Assembly (NCBI GenBank): GCA_039028615.1
Contig: JBCCHT010000005.1
Location: forward strand, 160,001 to 224,000
From: Myxococcota bacterium
Lineage (GTDB): Bacteria > Myxococcota_A > Polyangia > Nannocystales > Nannocystaceae
Reading direction: 5' to 3'
Length of the DNA stretch: 64,000 nt
This document shows positions 50,134 through 60,055 of the stretch, piece after piece. Both the position numbers and the translations under genes were made by a program. A model generated the notes under the pieces. The model was not told where the DNA came from. It searched no databases and saw nothing but the letters and a program-made list of their open reading frames with translations. Numbering within the stretch: the stretch's first letter is position 1; each line of letters begins with the position of its first letter.

Positions 50134-51489
50134 CTACTCGGTCTGCGGATCGGACACGCGCCCGAAGAACAACAGCAGTCCGCTGGACTTGTCGCGGATG
50201 AAGTACAAAAAGGGCCGATCGACCTTGATCGTCCGGGGCTCACCCATGGGCGGGGCGCCGCCGAAGCGGGCCACCACCGCGGTGGCGGCTGCGGCCTCGG
50301 TGCCGTTTTCGTCGACCTCGATGAAGCCCTTGTGGAAGACCTCGGAGATCTGGATCTGTTCGGCGGCGGGAGCGATGCCCGTGAAATCCGCGTCGTCACC
50401 AAAGGCGCTCGTCATCCCCAGCGCCTTCAGGTGCGCGGCGAGCCGGAGGCTCTCGGAGGCGATGCGGAACTTGGGCATCGACAGCTCGACCTGCTCGTAC
50501 TTGGTCGCGCCCGTCCACTGACCGAGCAGCTCGGGCCCGAGGCTGGCCTCGATGGCGCCCAGGCCATCGCGCTCGTTTGGGACCACCAGCGTCATCGAGT
50601 AGCCCGGGTGCTGGTAGTCGAGGTGCACCACCGTGGCCCCGGGGGCGTCGTGCACCGCGAGCGACTGGTTGAGGTGCATGGTGGGCACGTTGCGCGAGCC
50701 GCTGGGCGCATGGAAGGTCGCGGGCGCGGTGCGGCTCTTGGTGAAGCCGTGCATCCACTGCGCCTTGAAATAGATGGCGTTGACCAGCGCGAGGCGAGTG
50801 TCCGAGGTGATGCCGCCCGGCGGCACGAGGTCCTTGATGCGGTCATGGGTCTTGCCCGCGACCCAGTCGTTGATGTGCACCCGCGAAGGATCGGCGGCGC
50901 CCTTGAAGTCGAGCGGCTCGAGGGGGGCCTGGAAGAAGCGCTGGGTCAGCGACAGGAACGGCTTTTCGAAGGGGACGGTCTTCTCACCGAAGAGCCGATT
51001 GGCCACCGACAGCTCGATGTCCGCCTCGCGGTCCTTGGTCCACGTGGCGAGCATGGTGGCCACGGCGGTCTGGACCACCGGAGCCGCGCGCGGGTAGTGC
51101 AGGGTGGTCTGCATCTGCTTGGAGGTCTGCGCCCGGGCCCCAGCCTGCGTCATGGTGAGGGCCAGGGCCACGCTCGCGGGGGAGATGACGACATCGCCGT
51201 CGCCGGTCGCGACCTTGCGATAAAGGTCGAGGCCGAAGTTGTTGAAGCCGGACGCGACCTCGGTGACGACCTCGGGCTCGGCGGTGGGCACCGGGCGCGG
51301 CTCGTCGGGCGCGTCATCGGCTCGCTCGGGCGGGGAGGCCTGAGACTCGGCCGACTCGTTGCCGGCGGCCGGGGGCTTCTCGGCGGTCTTGGTCGGGGTT
51401 TTTTGGGCAGGAGCCGTCTCGGCGCTGCCCCCGGAGGGGTTGCAGGCGGCGAGCAACACGGGGAGGATCGAGGGGCCAAGGCGTCGCAT
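50134..51489 (-). CDS. Serpin family lipoprotein
   Basis: Lipobox LLAAC; ISPAS, LVNAIYFKAQW, EVDENGTEAAAAT hinge, DRPFLYFI..FFGRV. Confidence 0.93.
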   Translation of the reverse strand: MRRLGPSILPVLLAACNPSGGSAETAPAQKTPTKTAEKPPAAGNESAESQASPPERADDAPDEPRPVPTAEPEVVTEVASGFNNFGLDLYRKVATGDGDVVISPASVALALTMTQAGARAQTSKQMQTTLHYPRAAPVVQTAVATMLATWTKDREADIELSVANRLFGEKTVPFEKPFLSLTQRFFQAPLEPLDFKGAADPSRVHINDWVAGKTHDRIKDLVPPGGITSDTRLALVNAIYFKAQWMHGFTKSRTAPATFHAPSGSRNVPTMHLNQSLAVHDAPGATVVHLDYQHPGYSMTLVVPNERDGLGAIEASLGPELLGQWTGATKYEQVELSMPKFRIASESLRLAAHLKALGMTSAFGDDADFTGIAPAAEQIQISEVFHKGFIEVDENGTEAAAATAVVARFGGAPPMGEPRTIKVDRPFLYFIRDKSSGLLLFFGRVSDPQTE

Positions 51490-51560
51490 GGGGGCGTCAG
51501 CACCAACGTACGGGTTGTGGTCGCGATCTGCCAGGACCCTGTTGTTAGACTCCCGCGGCT

Positions 51561-52448
51561 GTGCCCGACGCTTCCCCACCCACCAAGCCGCTGCGCGGCG
51601 GTGCCCAGGCCCTCGAGGTCGCGCGAGAGATCGTGGCAGTGCTCGAAGGCAGCAAGGGCCGAGCCGCCCTCGCCACGGTGATCGGGCGGACCGGATCGGC
51701 ACCACAGATCCTCGGCGCGCGCATGATGCTGCACCAAGACGGCGAGATCGTGGGCACGGTGGGGGGCGGGGCCATCGAAGCCGAGGTCCTGGCGAACTGC
51801 CGGATGACGCTTCGCGACGGTCGCCCGCGCCGGGTGGATGCCCAGCTCGTTCGCGATCTCGGGATGTGCTGCGGCGGCAGCATGGAGGTCTTCGTGGAAG
51901 TACTACAGCCTCAGGTCAGGTTGGTGATCATCGGTGCGGGCCATGTCGCGCAGGCGCTGGCGCCCATCGCCGAGGCGGCGGGCTTCCAGGTCGCGGTCTT
52001 CGACGATCGCGAGGAGCTGCTCGACAACCCGGCGTACTCGCAGGCCACCACCGGGGCCTATGACGTCGACGAACTCGCAGCCGCCCTGCCCACGCTGAGC
52101 CAGGACGACTATGTGGTCATTACCACCCGCGACCACGCCCGCGACGAGAAGGCGCTGGCGTCTCTGCTGCGACGACCGCATCGCTACCTCGGCATGATCG
52201 GCAGTCGTCGCAAGGTGCACGCGGTGCTGGGACGCATCTTGCGGCGGGAGCGACAGCTCGGACGTCCGCAGCCCGACCTCAGCCGGGTGCGGGCGCCGAT
52301 CGGGCTGTCGCTGGGGGGTCGAACCCCGGGCGAGATCGCGGTGAGCGTGGTGGCCGAGCTCATCGCCGAGCGCCACGGCGGCGCCGGGTCGCCCATGAGC
52401 GTCATCGAAGAAGCGGCGCAGCGCGTCGAGGCCGAGCTCGAGCAGTAG
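51561..52448 (+). CDS. XdhC/CoxI family molybdoenzyme accessory protein
   Basis: GSAPQ, GTVGGGAIE, CGGSMEVFVE, GAGHVAQ, YLGMIGSRRK, APIGL..TPGEIA. Confidence 0.9.
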   Translation: MPDASPPTKPLRGGAQALEVAREIVAVLEGSKGRAALATVIGRTGSAPQILGARMMLHQDGEIVGTVGGGAIEAEVLANCRMTLRDGRPRRVDAQLVRDLGMCCGGSMEVFVEVLQPQVRLVIIGAGHVAQALAPIAEAAGFQVAVFDDREELLDNPAYSQATTGAYDVDELAAALPTLSQDDYVVITTRDHARDEKALASLLRRPHRYLGMIGSRRKVHAVLGRILRRERQLGRPQPDLSRVRAPIGLSLGGRTPGEIAVSVVAELIAERHGGAGSPMSVIEEAAQRVEAELEQ

Positions 52449-52450
52449 CC

Positions 52451-53746
52451 ATGGCAGACCCACGACCGCACAAACGACGGGCGCTGAAGCATCAAGGGGG
52501 CCCGGCCCAGTCGCGCGGCGACGAGCAGGCGGCGCGGGTCTTGGCTCGGGCGCTCCAGTCCGTCGACGACGCGCCTCGTGATCCGCTGACCCATGGTCTG
52601 CACAGCTACCCCGCCCGCATGCACCACGCGATTGCCCGCGAGGTGCTCGAGTCGTGGACCGAGTCCCGGACCCGGCTGCTCGACCCCTTCTGCGGTAGCG
52701 GCACGGTGTTGGTCGAGGCGCGGCGCATGGGGCTGCGCGCGTGCGGGGTCGACCTCAACCCCCTGGGGCCGCGCATCGCCGAGGTCGCGACCGCCTGGCG
52801 AACCCCGGCCGAGCTGCGGCACTTCGAAGACCTCATCGAGCACGTCGTCGAGGCTTCGTTCGCCCGGGTGCAGGGGCGGGTCTCCGTGCGAGCGCCGCTG
52901 TCCGGCCCCGAGCGCGGCTGGTACCAGTCGCACGTCCTGCTCGAGCTGGCGGGGCTGCACGCCGAGATCGGGGCGCTGCCCCCCGGCCTCGATCGTCGCG
53001 CTCTGATGGTGGTCTTCTCGTCGATGGTGGTGAAGTTCTCCCGTCAGCGGGCCGACACCGCGCAGCGCGAGGTTCAAAAGCGCATCGGCAAGAAGGTGGC
53101 TACCGGGTTCTTCGGGCGCAAAGCGGAGGAGCTGGTGCGACGGTGGCGAGACTTCGCCCGCCAGGCGCCCCGCGACGGCGCCAAGCCGCGGCTGGTGACG
53201 GGCAACACCCGCCGGCTCCGCGACGCGGTCACGGGCTGGCAGTTCGATCTCATCCTCACCTCGCCGCCCTACGGGGGAACCTACAACTACGTCGATCACC
53301 ATGCGCGCCGCTATCCGTGGCTCGGCATCTCCCCCAAGGCGCTCCAAGACGGCGAGCTCGGCTCGCGTCGCCGCCTGTCGCAGGGGCGCAAGGCCATCCG
53401 CGAGTGGGAGCGCGAGGTCGTGGTGATGCTCGAGTCGATTGCATCCGTGCTCGCGCCGCGCGGGCGAGCGGTGTTGTTGGTCGGGGACGGCGAGGTCGGC
53501 GGCCGGCGGATCTCGGCCGACCGCCAGCTCCAGGCACTGGCCGGTCGCGCCGGACTGAAGTTCGAGGCATGCGTCTCACAATCTCGGCCGGACTGGCGTG
53601 GCGGCAAAAACCGCATGGAGCACCTCGTTTCTCTCGTGCCTCGCCCCAAGACCAAGGGGGCCAACGACGGATCGTCGTCCCCCGACGCGGCGAGCGAATC
53701 CGACGAGTCCTCGGGTACGCCTGCCCCCGACAGCGACGCCGAGTAG
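52451..53746 (+). CDS. Amino (N4-C/N6-A) DNA methyltransferase-like protein, no cognate nuclease visible
   Basis: HGLHSYPA, DPFCGSGT (motif I), TSPPY (motif IV). Confidence 0.8.
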   Translation: MADPRPHKRRALKHQGGPAQSRGDEQAARVLARALQSVDDAPRDPLTHGLHSYPARMHHAIAREVLESWTESRTRLLDPFCGSGTVLVEARRMGLRACGVDLNPLGPRIAEVATAWRTPAELRHFEDLIEHVVEASFARVQGRVSVRAPLSGPERGWYQSHVLLELAGLHAEIGALPPGLDRRALMVVFSSMVVKFSRQRADTAQREVQKRIGKKVATGFFGRKAEELVRRWRDFARQAPRDGAKPRLVTGNTRRLRDAVTGWQFDLILTSPPYGGTYNYVDHHARRYPWLGISPKALQDGELGSRRRLSQGRKAIREWEREVVVMLESIASVLAPRGRAVLLVGDGEVGGRRISADRQLQALAGRAGLKFEACVSQSRPDWRGGKNRMEHLVSLVPRPKTKGANDGSSSPDAASESDESSGTPAPDSDAE

Positions 53747-53830
53747 GCGACGCCAGCGCCGAGCCATCGTCGTCGGTGTCCCGAGTTATCGCTTGAGTCC
53801 CGACCCCGAGGTCCTTAGTGTGGATCTCGG

Positions 53831-54445
53831 ATGTTGGGGTCGAGCGTAGTTCTTTCGATGGCCATGATGATGGGTCCGCCGACCCCGGCGGCGACTCGTG
53901 ACGGCGCTCGGCCGCTGGACTTCGAGCTCAGCGGCATGGCGGCCATGCCCACGGTGAGCGGCCCGACCTACGGCCCCGACATGGCCGTCGCCTTCGGCCT
54001 CTATCACCTGCACCTGCGCGTGGGCATGGTGGTGCTGGGCGGCCCCGATCGAACGGCGTCGCTGGCCGGCCATCGCATCGGCGAGGTCTTGGACGCCGGC
54101 ACCATGCACCTGTGCGCTGCCCGTGGCCGACCCGGCGTTCGCATTCGCCTGTGCGGCGGCGGCCAGTTCGGCGTCACCCACCTGCGCTACCGCGGCTTCG
54201 AAAACCCGGGCCGTCGCGCCATGCCCTGGGGCGCGGTCACGGCCTTCAGCGATCTATCCATTTCGCTCGGCCGTCACTGGGGCCTCGAGCCGGATCGCCT
54301 CGGCGTGATGATCAACGGCGGCGCCATGCTGCCCGTGCTGGGCCCCGCCGTCGTCATGCGAGCCGACGGATTCGAGACCACGGTGCGACGCCCGAACTCC
54401 TTCGGCGCGACCTTCGGCGCGGGGCTCCGCGTCGGCCTCCGCTGA
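53831..54445 (+). CDS. Hypothetical exported, beta-barrel-like protein
   Basis: Signal-like N-terminus, amphipathic strands, ends GAGLRVGLR. Confidence 0.5.
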   Translation: MLGSSVVLSMAMMMGPPTPAATRDGARPLDFELSGMAAMPTVSGPTYGPDMAVAFGLYHLHLRVGMVVLGGPDRTASLAGHRIGEVLDAGTMHLCAARGRPGVRIRLCGGGQFGVTHLRYRGFENPGRRAMPWGAVTAFSDLSISLGRHWGLEPDRLGVMINGGAMLPVLGPAVVMRADGFETTVRRPNSFGATFGAGLRVGLR

Positions 54446-54630
54446 AGTTTTCGCGTGATGCGATCGGGGCATCCGCGGACGGAGCCCGAGGCGTTCTCCA
54501 GGCGCACGATCCATCCCCCGACGCGTCGGCTATGAATGCCGTCTCGTCGTGCACCGAGGGGTGATCGTCGGAGGAGCGCACCTCGGGATCCGCCACGCGA
54601 ATGCCCGAGAAGGAACTCGTAAAAATGTCG

Positions 54631-55272
54631 TCAGTGCAGGCCGGGGGGCGCCGTGAAGCGGTCGGTGGCGACGGCGATGGGTGCCCCGGACTTGTTCTTG
54701 AGGACGTCGTGCTCGACGGTGAACGCCCCTTGGGCGTGGCGATGACGTCGGGGCTCGACTCGTAGGCCGACCAAGGGCCCGAGCGAGTCGGCCTGAGAAG
54801 GTTTCTCGGTGAGCAGCAGGATGCGGCTCTCGTGCTGGCGGGCGAGCCCCAAAAGCCGCCCCTGCCATGCGGTGCGGGCCCGAGGCTCGGTGGCCCCGAG
54901 GTCGACGACGACCAGCCCGAATGCGCCCGAGCGCAGCAGCAGCTCGGCGGCCTTGCCCAGCCCGGCCGAGCCTTCGGCGGGGGGCACGTGCACCACGACC
55001 AACGCGTCGAGATCGATCCCGCCTTCGTGGAGATCGGGGGGATAGAGCGGAGCGCCCGTGGGCTGAACCCACGCGGTCGTCTCGCCCTCGCGTTGCACCC
55101 GACGCAGCAGCGCAACGGCGGTGCTGGTGCGAGCCGTGGCCCCGCGAGGAGACGCGGACAGCTCGACCAGACGCCCCGGTTCGACGAGCTCGGCCACCTG
55201 CGTGGTGGCCTCGTCCTCGGTCGTGGCCGGGGTCGAGGGGGTCTCGAGCAGTCGGAGTGCCGCGTCAGCCAA
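54631..55272 (-). CDS. imuA: ImuA (RecA-like accessory protein)
   Basis: PGRLVELS, AWV..LYPPDL..GIDLDALVVV, AAELLLRSGAFGLVVVDL; degenerate Walker A. Confidence 0.85.
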   Translation of the reverse strand: MADAALRLLETPSTPATTEDEATTQVAELVEPGRLVELSASPRGATARTSTAVALLRRVQREGETTAWVQPTGAPLYPPDLHEGGIDLDALVVVHVPPAEGSAGLGKAAELLLRSGAFGLVVVDLGATEPRARTAWQGRLLGLARQHESRILLLTEKPSQADSLGPLVGLRVEPRRHRHAQGAFTVEHDVLKNKSGAPIAVATDRFTAPPGLH

Positions 55273-55281
55273 GGTCCACCG

Positions 55282-55309
55282 ATGATACTGATCGCCGGTT
55301 CAGTGTCAA
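55282..55309 (-). promoter_or_regulatory. Sigma70 promoter with a LexA-type box filling the spacer
   Basis: Minus strand TTGACA-CTGAACCGGCGATCAG-TATCAT; near-palindromic CTGAAC-N4-G(A)TCAG. Confidence 0.8.
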
Positions 55310-55391
55310 GCCTGAAGCGAGGAAGCAGCCGTGAGGAGCGCGACGGCTCGGGACCGCGCGAAAACCCCTCTAGGGGCGCTTTAGAGCGCTT

Positions 55392-55649
55392 CTAGACGAT
55401 CCCGAGCTGACGCTTGGCCCGGGTCGCATCGTCGATGTCCCGCTCCGCCAGCACCGCGACCAGCACGGCATGCACGGCCGTTTGGTCCAGCCCCCGCAGG
55501 TGGGAGAGCAGGGGGCCCGAGGTGTCTTGCAGTCCCATCGCGGCCAGGCTCGCGACGGTCAGCGGACACTCGATTTGTTTCTTGAACACGGCTCGCAGCA
55601 ACGTACGAAGGTGCTCGGTCGAGACGGTGGTCAGGGCGAGATCCGGCAT
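55392..55649 (-). CDS. Small hypothetical protein (85 aa)
   Basis: GAGGA SD; MPDLALTTVSTEHLRTLLRA..LRGLD..VLVAVLAER; natural-looking helical composition. Confidence 0.7.
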   Translation of the reverse strand: MPDLALTTVSTEHLRTLLRAVFKKQIECPLTVASLAAMGLQDTSGPLLSHLRGLDQTAVHAVLVAVLAERDIDDATRAKRQLGIV

Positions 55650-55756
55650 CGGCGCTTCCTCGAGTGCCGAACTCGTAGCACGCCCGTCGACCAATTCGGA
55701 CCCGGACCGGCCAGACGCTTGCGAGGCGTGCGACCGAGCGCTAGAACCCAACCACC

Positions 55757-56881
55757 GTGGAAGGGGTGGCCTCCTTGCTCAAACGCTGTTTGACGGTGGG
55801 CGTCCTCGTCTTGCCGTTGCCGTCGACCGGGTGTGACAAGCCCGAGTCCACGCGCCTCGAGGAAAAACCTCTGCCGCACGTGCGGGTCGAGTCGGTCGTG
55901 GAGGTCAGCCCGCGGCCGAAGTCGCGCCACTTGGTGCTGCTCGAGCCGGCCCGTCGTGCTCGCCTGTCGCCGCGCATGGGCGGGCAGGTGATCGATCTGT
56001 TGGTCGACGAGCAGCAAAAGGTCGAGGTCGGCGAGGTGCTGGTGAAGCTGGCCGCCCAGGACTCCAAGGGCGGCCTCATGACGGCCAAGGCCTCGATCTC
56101 CCGCATCAACGAGCAGCTCCGCGACACCAAGCGTGAGCTGGTCACCGCCCGCGATCTCGTCGCGCGCGGGGTCGAGACCACGCGCGCGGTGGAGCGACTC
56201 GAGACCCAGCAAGCGACCTTCGAGGCTCAGCTGCGCGAGGCCAAGGGCACGCTGGTGCGGGCCAAGGATGCCCTGGGCGCGAGCACGGTCGATGCCCCGT
56301 TCACGGGCACGGTGACGCGCATCGACACCGAGCTCGGCGAGTACATCGGCCCGGGGGCGGTGGCCATGGTGCTGGCGCAGCTCGATCCGCTGGCGGCCGA
56401 GGTTCCGCTGTCGGAGGCCGAGCTTTCGATGCACGACCAAGGCGGCCTCGGTTTTGGCCTGGTCATTCGCGGCCAGAAGACCGAGGCCGAGCTGGAGTGG
56501 ATCGCCAACGAGGCCGACCCCGGCACCTCCACCTTCACGGCCCGCCTGAAGGTCCCCAACGCGGCGGGCACCTTGCGGGCGGGTGAGTCGGCCGAGGTCG
56601 AGGTCTTCGGGCCGCAGCGTGCTCCCGTCATCGCGGTGCCGATGACCGCGGTGCGCTGGGCGGCCAACCAGGCCTATGTGCTTCGCCTGAAGGACAAAGG
56701 CTCCACCGTCGAGCGAGTCGACGTCGCCGTCCTCGACGACAGCGACGCACTGGTGACCGTGTCCGGTCCCATCACCACCAAGGACCGCGTGGTCGCAGCC
56801 GGCCCCTTGAGCCTGGTGTCGGGCGACGAGGTCGAGGTCGTCGAAGCGCCCGAAGAAAAACTCGCGGACGCGTCGGGATAG
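55757..56881 (+). CDS. RND efflux periplasmic adaptor (membrane fusion protein)
   Basis: GGQVIDLLVDE..VEVGEVL lipoyl half, coiled coil, APFTGTV, LRAGES, VPMTAV. Confidence 0.9.
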   Translation: MEGVASLLKRCLTVGVLVLPLPSTGCDKPESTRLEEKPLPHVRVESVVEVSPRPKSRHLVLLEPARRARLSPRMGGQVIDLLVDEQQKVEVGEVLVKLAAQDSKGGLMTAKASISRINEQLRDTKRELVTARDLVARGVETTRAVERLETQQATFEAQLREAKGTLVRAKDALGASTVDAPFTGTVTRIDTELGEYIGPGAVAMVLAQLDPLAAEVPLSEAELSMHDQGGLGFGLVIRGQKTEAELEWIANEADPGTSTFTARLKVPNAAGTLRAGESAEVEVFGPQRAPVIAVPMTAVRWAANQAYVLRLKDKGSTVERVDVAVLDDSDALVTVSGPITTKDRVVAAGPLSLVSGDEVEVVEAPEEKLADASG

Positions 56882-56893
56882 CAGGGGGCCTCG

Positions 56894-59800
56894 ATGTTCA
56901 ATCGCATCATTCGGGTCAGCGTCGCCAATCCGGTCTTCGTCAACCTGCTCTTCTTCCTGGTGCTGATGGCGGGGATTCGCTCGGCATCGTCGTTGCCGCG
57001 CGAGGAATTCCCCGAGATTTCCCTCGACCGCGTGCTGGTGGTCGTGCCCTATCCGGGCGCCACCGCGACCACCGTCGAGGAACTCATCATTCGGCCCATC
57101 GAGGACGAGCTCCAGAGCGTCAACAACGTCAAGGAGTACACCTCGTTTGCGAACGAGGGCCGCGCGTCCATGACGGTGACCTTCAACGAGGGCACCGACC
57201 TGCAGGCGGCGCGATCCGAGGTCGAAAAAGCGGTGTCGTCGGTGCAGAACCTGCCCGAGGACGCGCAGACGCCCATGGTGCGGGAGCTGACCCTCGAGCT
57301 GCCCGTGGTCACCGTGGCCCTGGTCGGCGACATCGGGGCGACGCTGGTCGTCGATCGCATGGCCGACGAGCTACGCGACCTCTCGGGCGTCGCCACCGTG
57401 AACATCAGCGGCGGGGCCGAGCGCAAGATCTTCGTCGACCTCGACGAGAAGAAGCTCCGCACGCTGGGCATTCGCCCCGGTCAGATCCGCCAGGCCATTC
57501 GCTCCGCCGAGGCCAACTTGCCCGCGGGTACCGTGCAGCAGCAGGGGCAGGACATCTTCGTCAAGACGGAGAAGCGCCTGCAGTCGCCCGCCGACGTGGC
57601 GCGCATTCCCATCCAGCCCGGCTCACCGCTGCGGATCGGCGATGTGGCCGAGGTTCGCGAAGAGCCCGACATCGACGACACCCGCTTTTGGGTCGATGGC
57701 GAAGCCGCGGTCAAGCTGACGGTGGGGCGGGAGGAGACGGCCGATCCCATCGAGATCCGCGACGCGGTGCTCGAGGCCCTGCCGGGGCTCAATGCCGAGC
57801 TCCCCGCGGGCATGGAGCTGCGCTTCGCCGAGGACTTCACCTCGACCATTCGCGACCGACTCGACACGGTGTGGGTCAACGCGACCACCGGGGCGGTGCT
57901 GGTGCTGCTGGTGCTGCTGGTGATGTCCGGGTTCCGGCAGGCCATGCTCGCCATCATCGGCATGCCGGTCTCGTACCTGATGGCCACCTTCCTGATGGAT
58001 CAGGCGGGGCTGACCATCAACGTCGTCTCGACCTTCGGCCTGCTCATCGCGACCGGCATCATCGTCGACGACGCGATCGTGGTGATCGAGAACGTCCAGC
58101 GGCACCTCGAGATGGGCAAGTCGCGGGTCAAGGCCACCATCGAGGGCACCCAAGAGGTGCTGCTGCCGGTCACGGTGGCCGTGTTCACCACGATCTTGGC
58201 CTTCGTGCCGTTGACGATGGTCAGCGGCACGATGGGGCGCATCATGAAGATCCTGCCCTTGGTGGTGATCTTCTGCCTCATCGGCTCGATGTTCGAGGCC
58301 ATCTTCATCCTGCCCGGACACACCGCCGACCACGCCAGCGTCGACGCCAAGAACAGCCACACCGCCAAGCTCGTCAAGGTGCTCAAGGCGATGTACCGGC
58401 CCTTCCTGCGCCTGAGCATCCGCTTCCGCTACCTCACCGTGCTGGCCGTGATCCTCGGCTTCTTCGGGGTGGGGGCGCTGGCGACCACGATGCCGATGCA
58501 GATCGGCGCGCCGGGCAAGCCCTTCCAGCTCGGGGTGCACTTCGAGGTCTCTCCCGGCCTGTCGCGCGAGTTCACGATGGCCCAGGGCGAGGCCATCGAT
58601 GCCCTGGTGCGCGAAGAACTGGGCGAGGAGCACGTGCGGGTCACCAGCCTGCGCGTGGGCAGCATCCTCGACGACGACACCGGGGCGCTGTCGTTCGGCG
58701 CCAACATGGGGCAGCTGCGCTGGCAGTTCAACATGAGCCCCGAGCACGCCGCGCGCTACCCGGCCATGGTCCGCGCGCTGCGAAAGTCGTTGCTGACCAA
58801 CCCCGAGCTCGCCCGCAGCGTGGTCAAGGAGGTCCAGGCGGGTCCGCCCACCGGGGCCGCGGTCACGGCCAACCTCCGGGGTCGCGACATCGATCAGCTC
58901 AACGCGGCCATGCAGGACCTCAAGGTCTACCTGTATGGCACCGAGGGCGTCACCGACGTCCGCGACAACTACGGCACGGGCAAGGAGACCTTCCGCGTGC
59001 AGGTCGACCAGGATCGCGCTGCGCTGTACGGGCTGACCGAGCTCGACGTCGCCCAAGCGGTGCGGACCGCCGTCGACGGGCTGGTGGCGGCCGAGGTCTC
59101 CATCGACGAGGAGCCGGTCGAGATCGTCGTCCGCTACGCCGAAGGCCGCAGCCGGGACCGCCGTGGCATTCGCAACCTCGTGATCACCAACGCCAGCGGC
59201 CGGGCGGTGCGACTGGACCAGGTCGCATCCGTCGAGCGCACCCGCGAGGTCGGCTTCATTCGCCGCGAGGACGGCCTGCGCTTGGTCTCCGTGCTCGCGG
59301 ACACCGACCGCGAGGTCCTGCCCCCCGTCGAGGCGGCCGAGAACCTCGAGAAGCACTGGAACGACGAACTCGCCAGCCGCTATCCCGGGATGGACCTCAG
59401 CTTCGGGGGTGAGGCCGACGAACTCGCCGAGAGCCTCGAGGACCTCCCCGGCGCCTTCGGTCTCGCCGTGTTGATGATCTACCTGGTGCTCGCGCTCCAG
59501 TTCCGCTCGTATATCCAGCCGATCATCATCCTCTCCGCCGTGCCCTTCGGGCTCATGGGGGCCGTGCTCGGCCTGTTCACCATGAACTACGACCTGTCGC
59601 TGATGGCCTTGTTCGGCATCGTCGCGCTCGTGGGCATCGTGGTGAACGACTCGTTGGTGATGGTCGACTTCATCAACAAAAAGCGCACCGTCGATGGCAT
59701 GGACACGACCAAGGCCACCGAGGTCGGGGCGCTGGAGCGGCTGCGGCCGATCTTGTCGACCACCCTGACGACCTGCCTCGGGCTACTACCGCTGGCGATC

Positions 59801-60037
59801 GGGCTCGGCGGGCGCGATGACGTGCTCGCCCCCATGGCGGTCTCGATCAGCGCGGGCCTGGGCTTTGCCACCGGGCTGGTGCTGCTGGTGGTGCCGTCGA
59901 TCTACCTGGTCGTCGAGGACATCCGCGCGTTCGGTCGCAAGCTGTTTGGGCGTGCGCCGGAGCCGGTCGTGCCGCCCGCTTCGACCGACGTGACCGTGCC
60001 GGCCGAGCCGAGCGACACCCCCGACGTCGACGCGTGA
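56894..60037 (+). CDS. RND efflux permease (AcrB family)
   Basis: 1047 aa; GIIVDDAIVVIEN, GIVVNDSLV, RLRPILSTTLTT. Confidence 0.95.
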   Translation: MFNRIIRVSVANPVFVNLLFFLVLMAGIRSASSLPREEFPEISLDRVLVVVPYPGATATTVEELIIRPIEDELQSVNNVKEYTSFANEGRASMTVTFNEGTDLQAARSEVEKAVSSVQNLPEDAQTPMVRELTLELPVVTVALVGDIGATLVVDRMADELRDLSGVATVNISGGAERKIFVDLDEKKLRTLGIRPGQIRQAIRSAEANLPAGTVQQQGQDIFVKTEKRLQSPADVARIPIQPGSPLRIGDVAEVREEPDIDDTRFWVDGEAAVKLTVGREETADPIEIRDAVLEALPGLNAELPAGMELRFAEDFTSTIRDRLDTVWVNATTGAVLVLLVLLVMSGFRQAMLAIIGMPVSYLMATFLMDQAGLTINVVSTFGLLIATGIIVDDAIVVIENVQRHLEMGKSRVKATIEGTQEVLLPVTVAVFTTILAFVPLTMVSGTMGRIMKILPLVVIFCLIGSMFEAIFILPGHTADHASVDAKNSHTAKLVKVLKAMYRPFLRLSIRFRYLTVLAVILGFFGVGALATTMPMQIGAPGKPFQLGVHFEVSPGLSREFTMAQGEAIDALVREELGEEHVRVTSLRVGSILDDDTGALSFGANMGQLRWQFNMSPEHAARYPAMVRALRKSLLTNPELARSVVKEVQAGPPTGAAVTANLRGRDIDQLNAAMQDLKVYLYGTEGVTDVRDNYGTGKETFRVQVDQDRAALYGLTELDVAQAVRTAVDGLVAAEVSIDEEPVEIVVRYAEGRSRDRRGIRNLVITNASGRAVRLDQVASVERTREVGFIRREDGLRLVSVLADTDREVLPPVEAAENLEKHWNDELASRYPGMDLSFGGEADELAESLEDLPGAFGLAVLMIYLVLALQFRSYIQPIIILSAVPFGLMGAVLGLFTMNYDLSLMALFGIVALVGIVVNDSLVMVDFINKKRTVDGMDTTKATEVGALERLRPILSTTLTTCLGLLPLAIGLGGRDDVLAPMAVSISAGLGFATGLVLLVVPSIYLVVEDIRAFGRKLFGRAPEPVVPPASTDVTVPAEPSDTPDVDA

Positions 60038-60055
60038 GCCCGTCGGGCGAGCCGC

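Noticed and set aside
28351..54630. Segment between imuB and imuA as a discrete mobile element
   Set aside because: No integrase, transposase, phage genes or flanking direct repeats that I could see; content is typical myxobacterial
56894..60037. RND pump as a CusA-type copper exporter linked to the adjacent Cu enzymes
   Set aside because: I could not identify CusA-specific Met motifs; substrate is not inferable by eye
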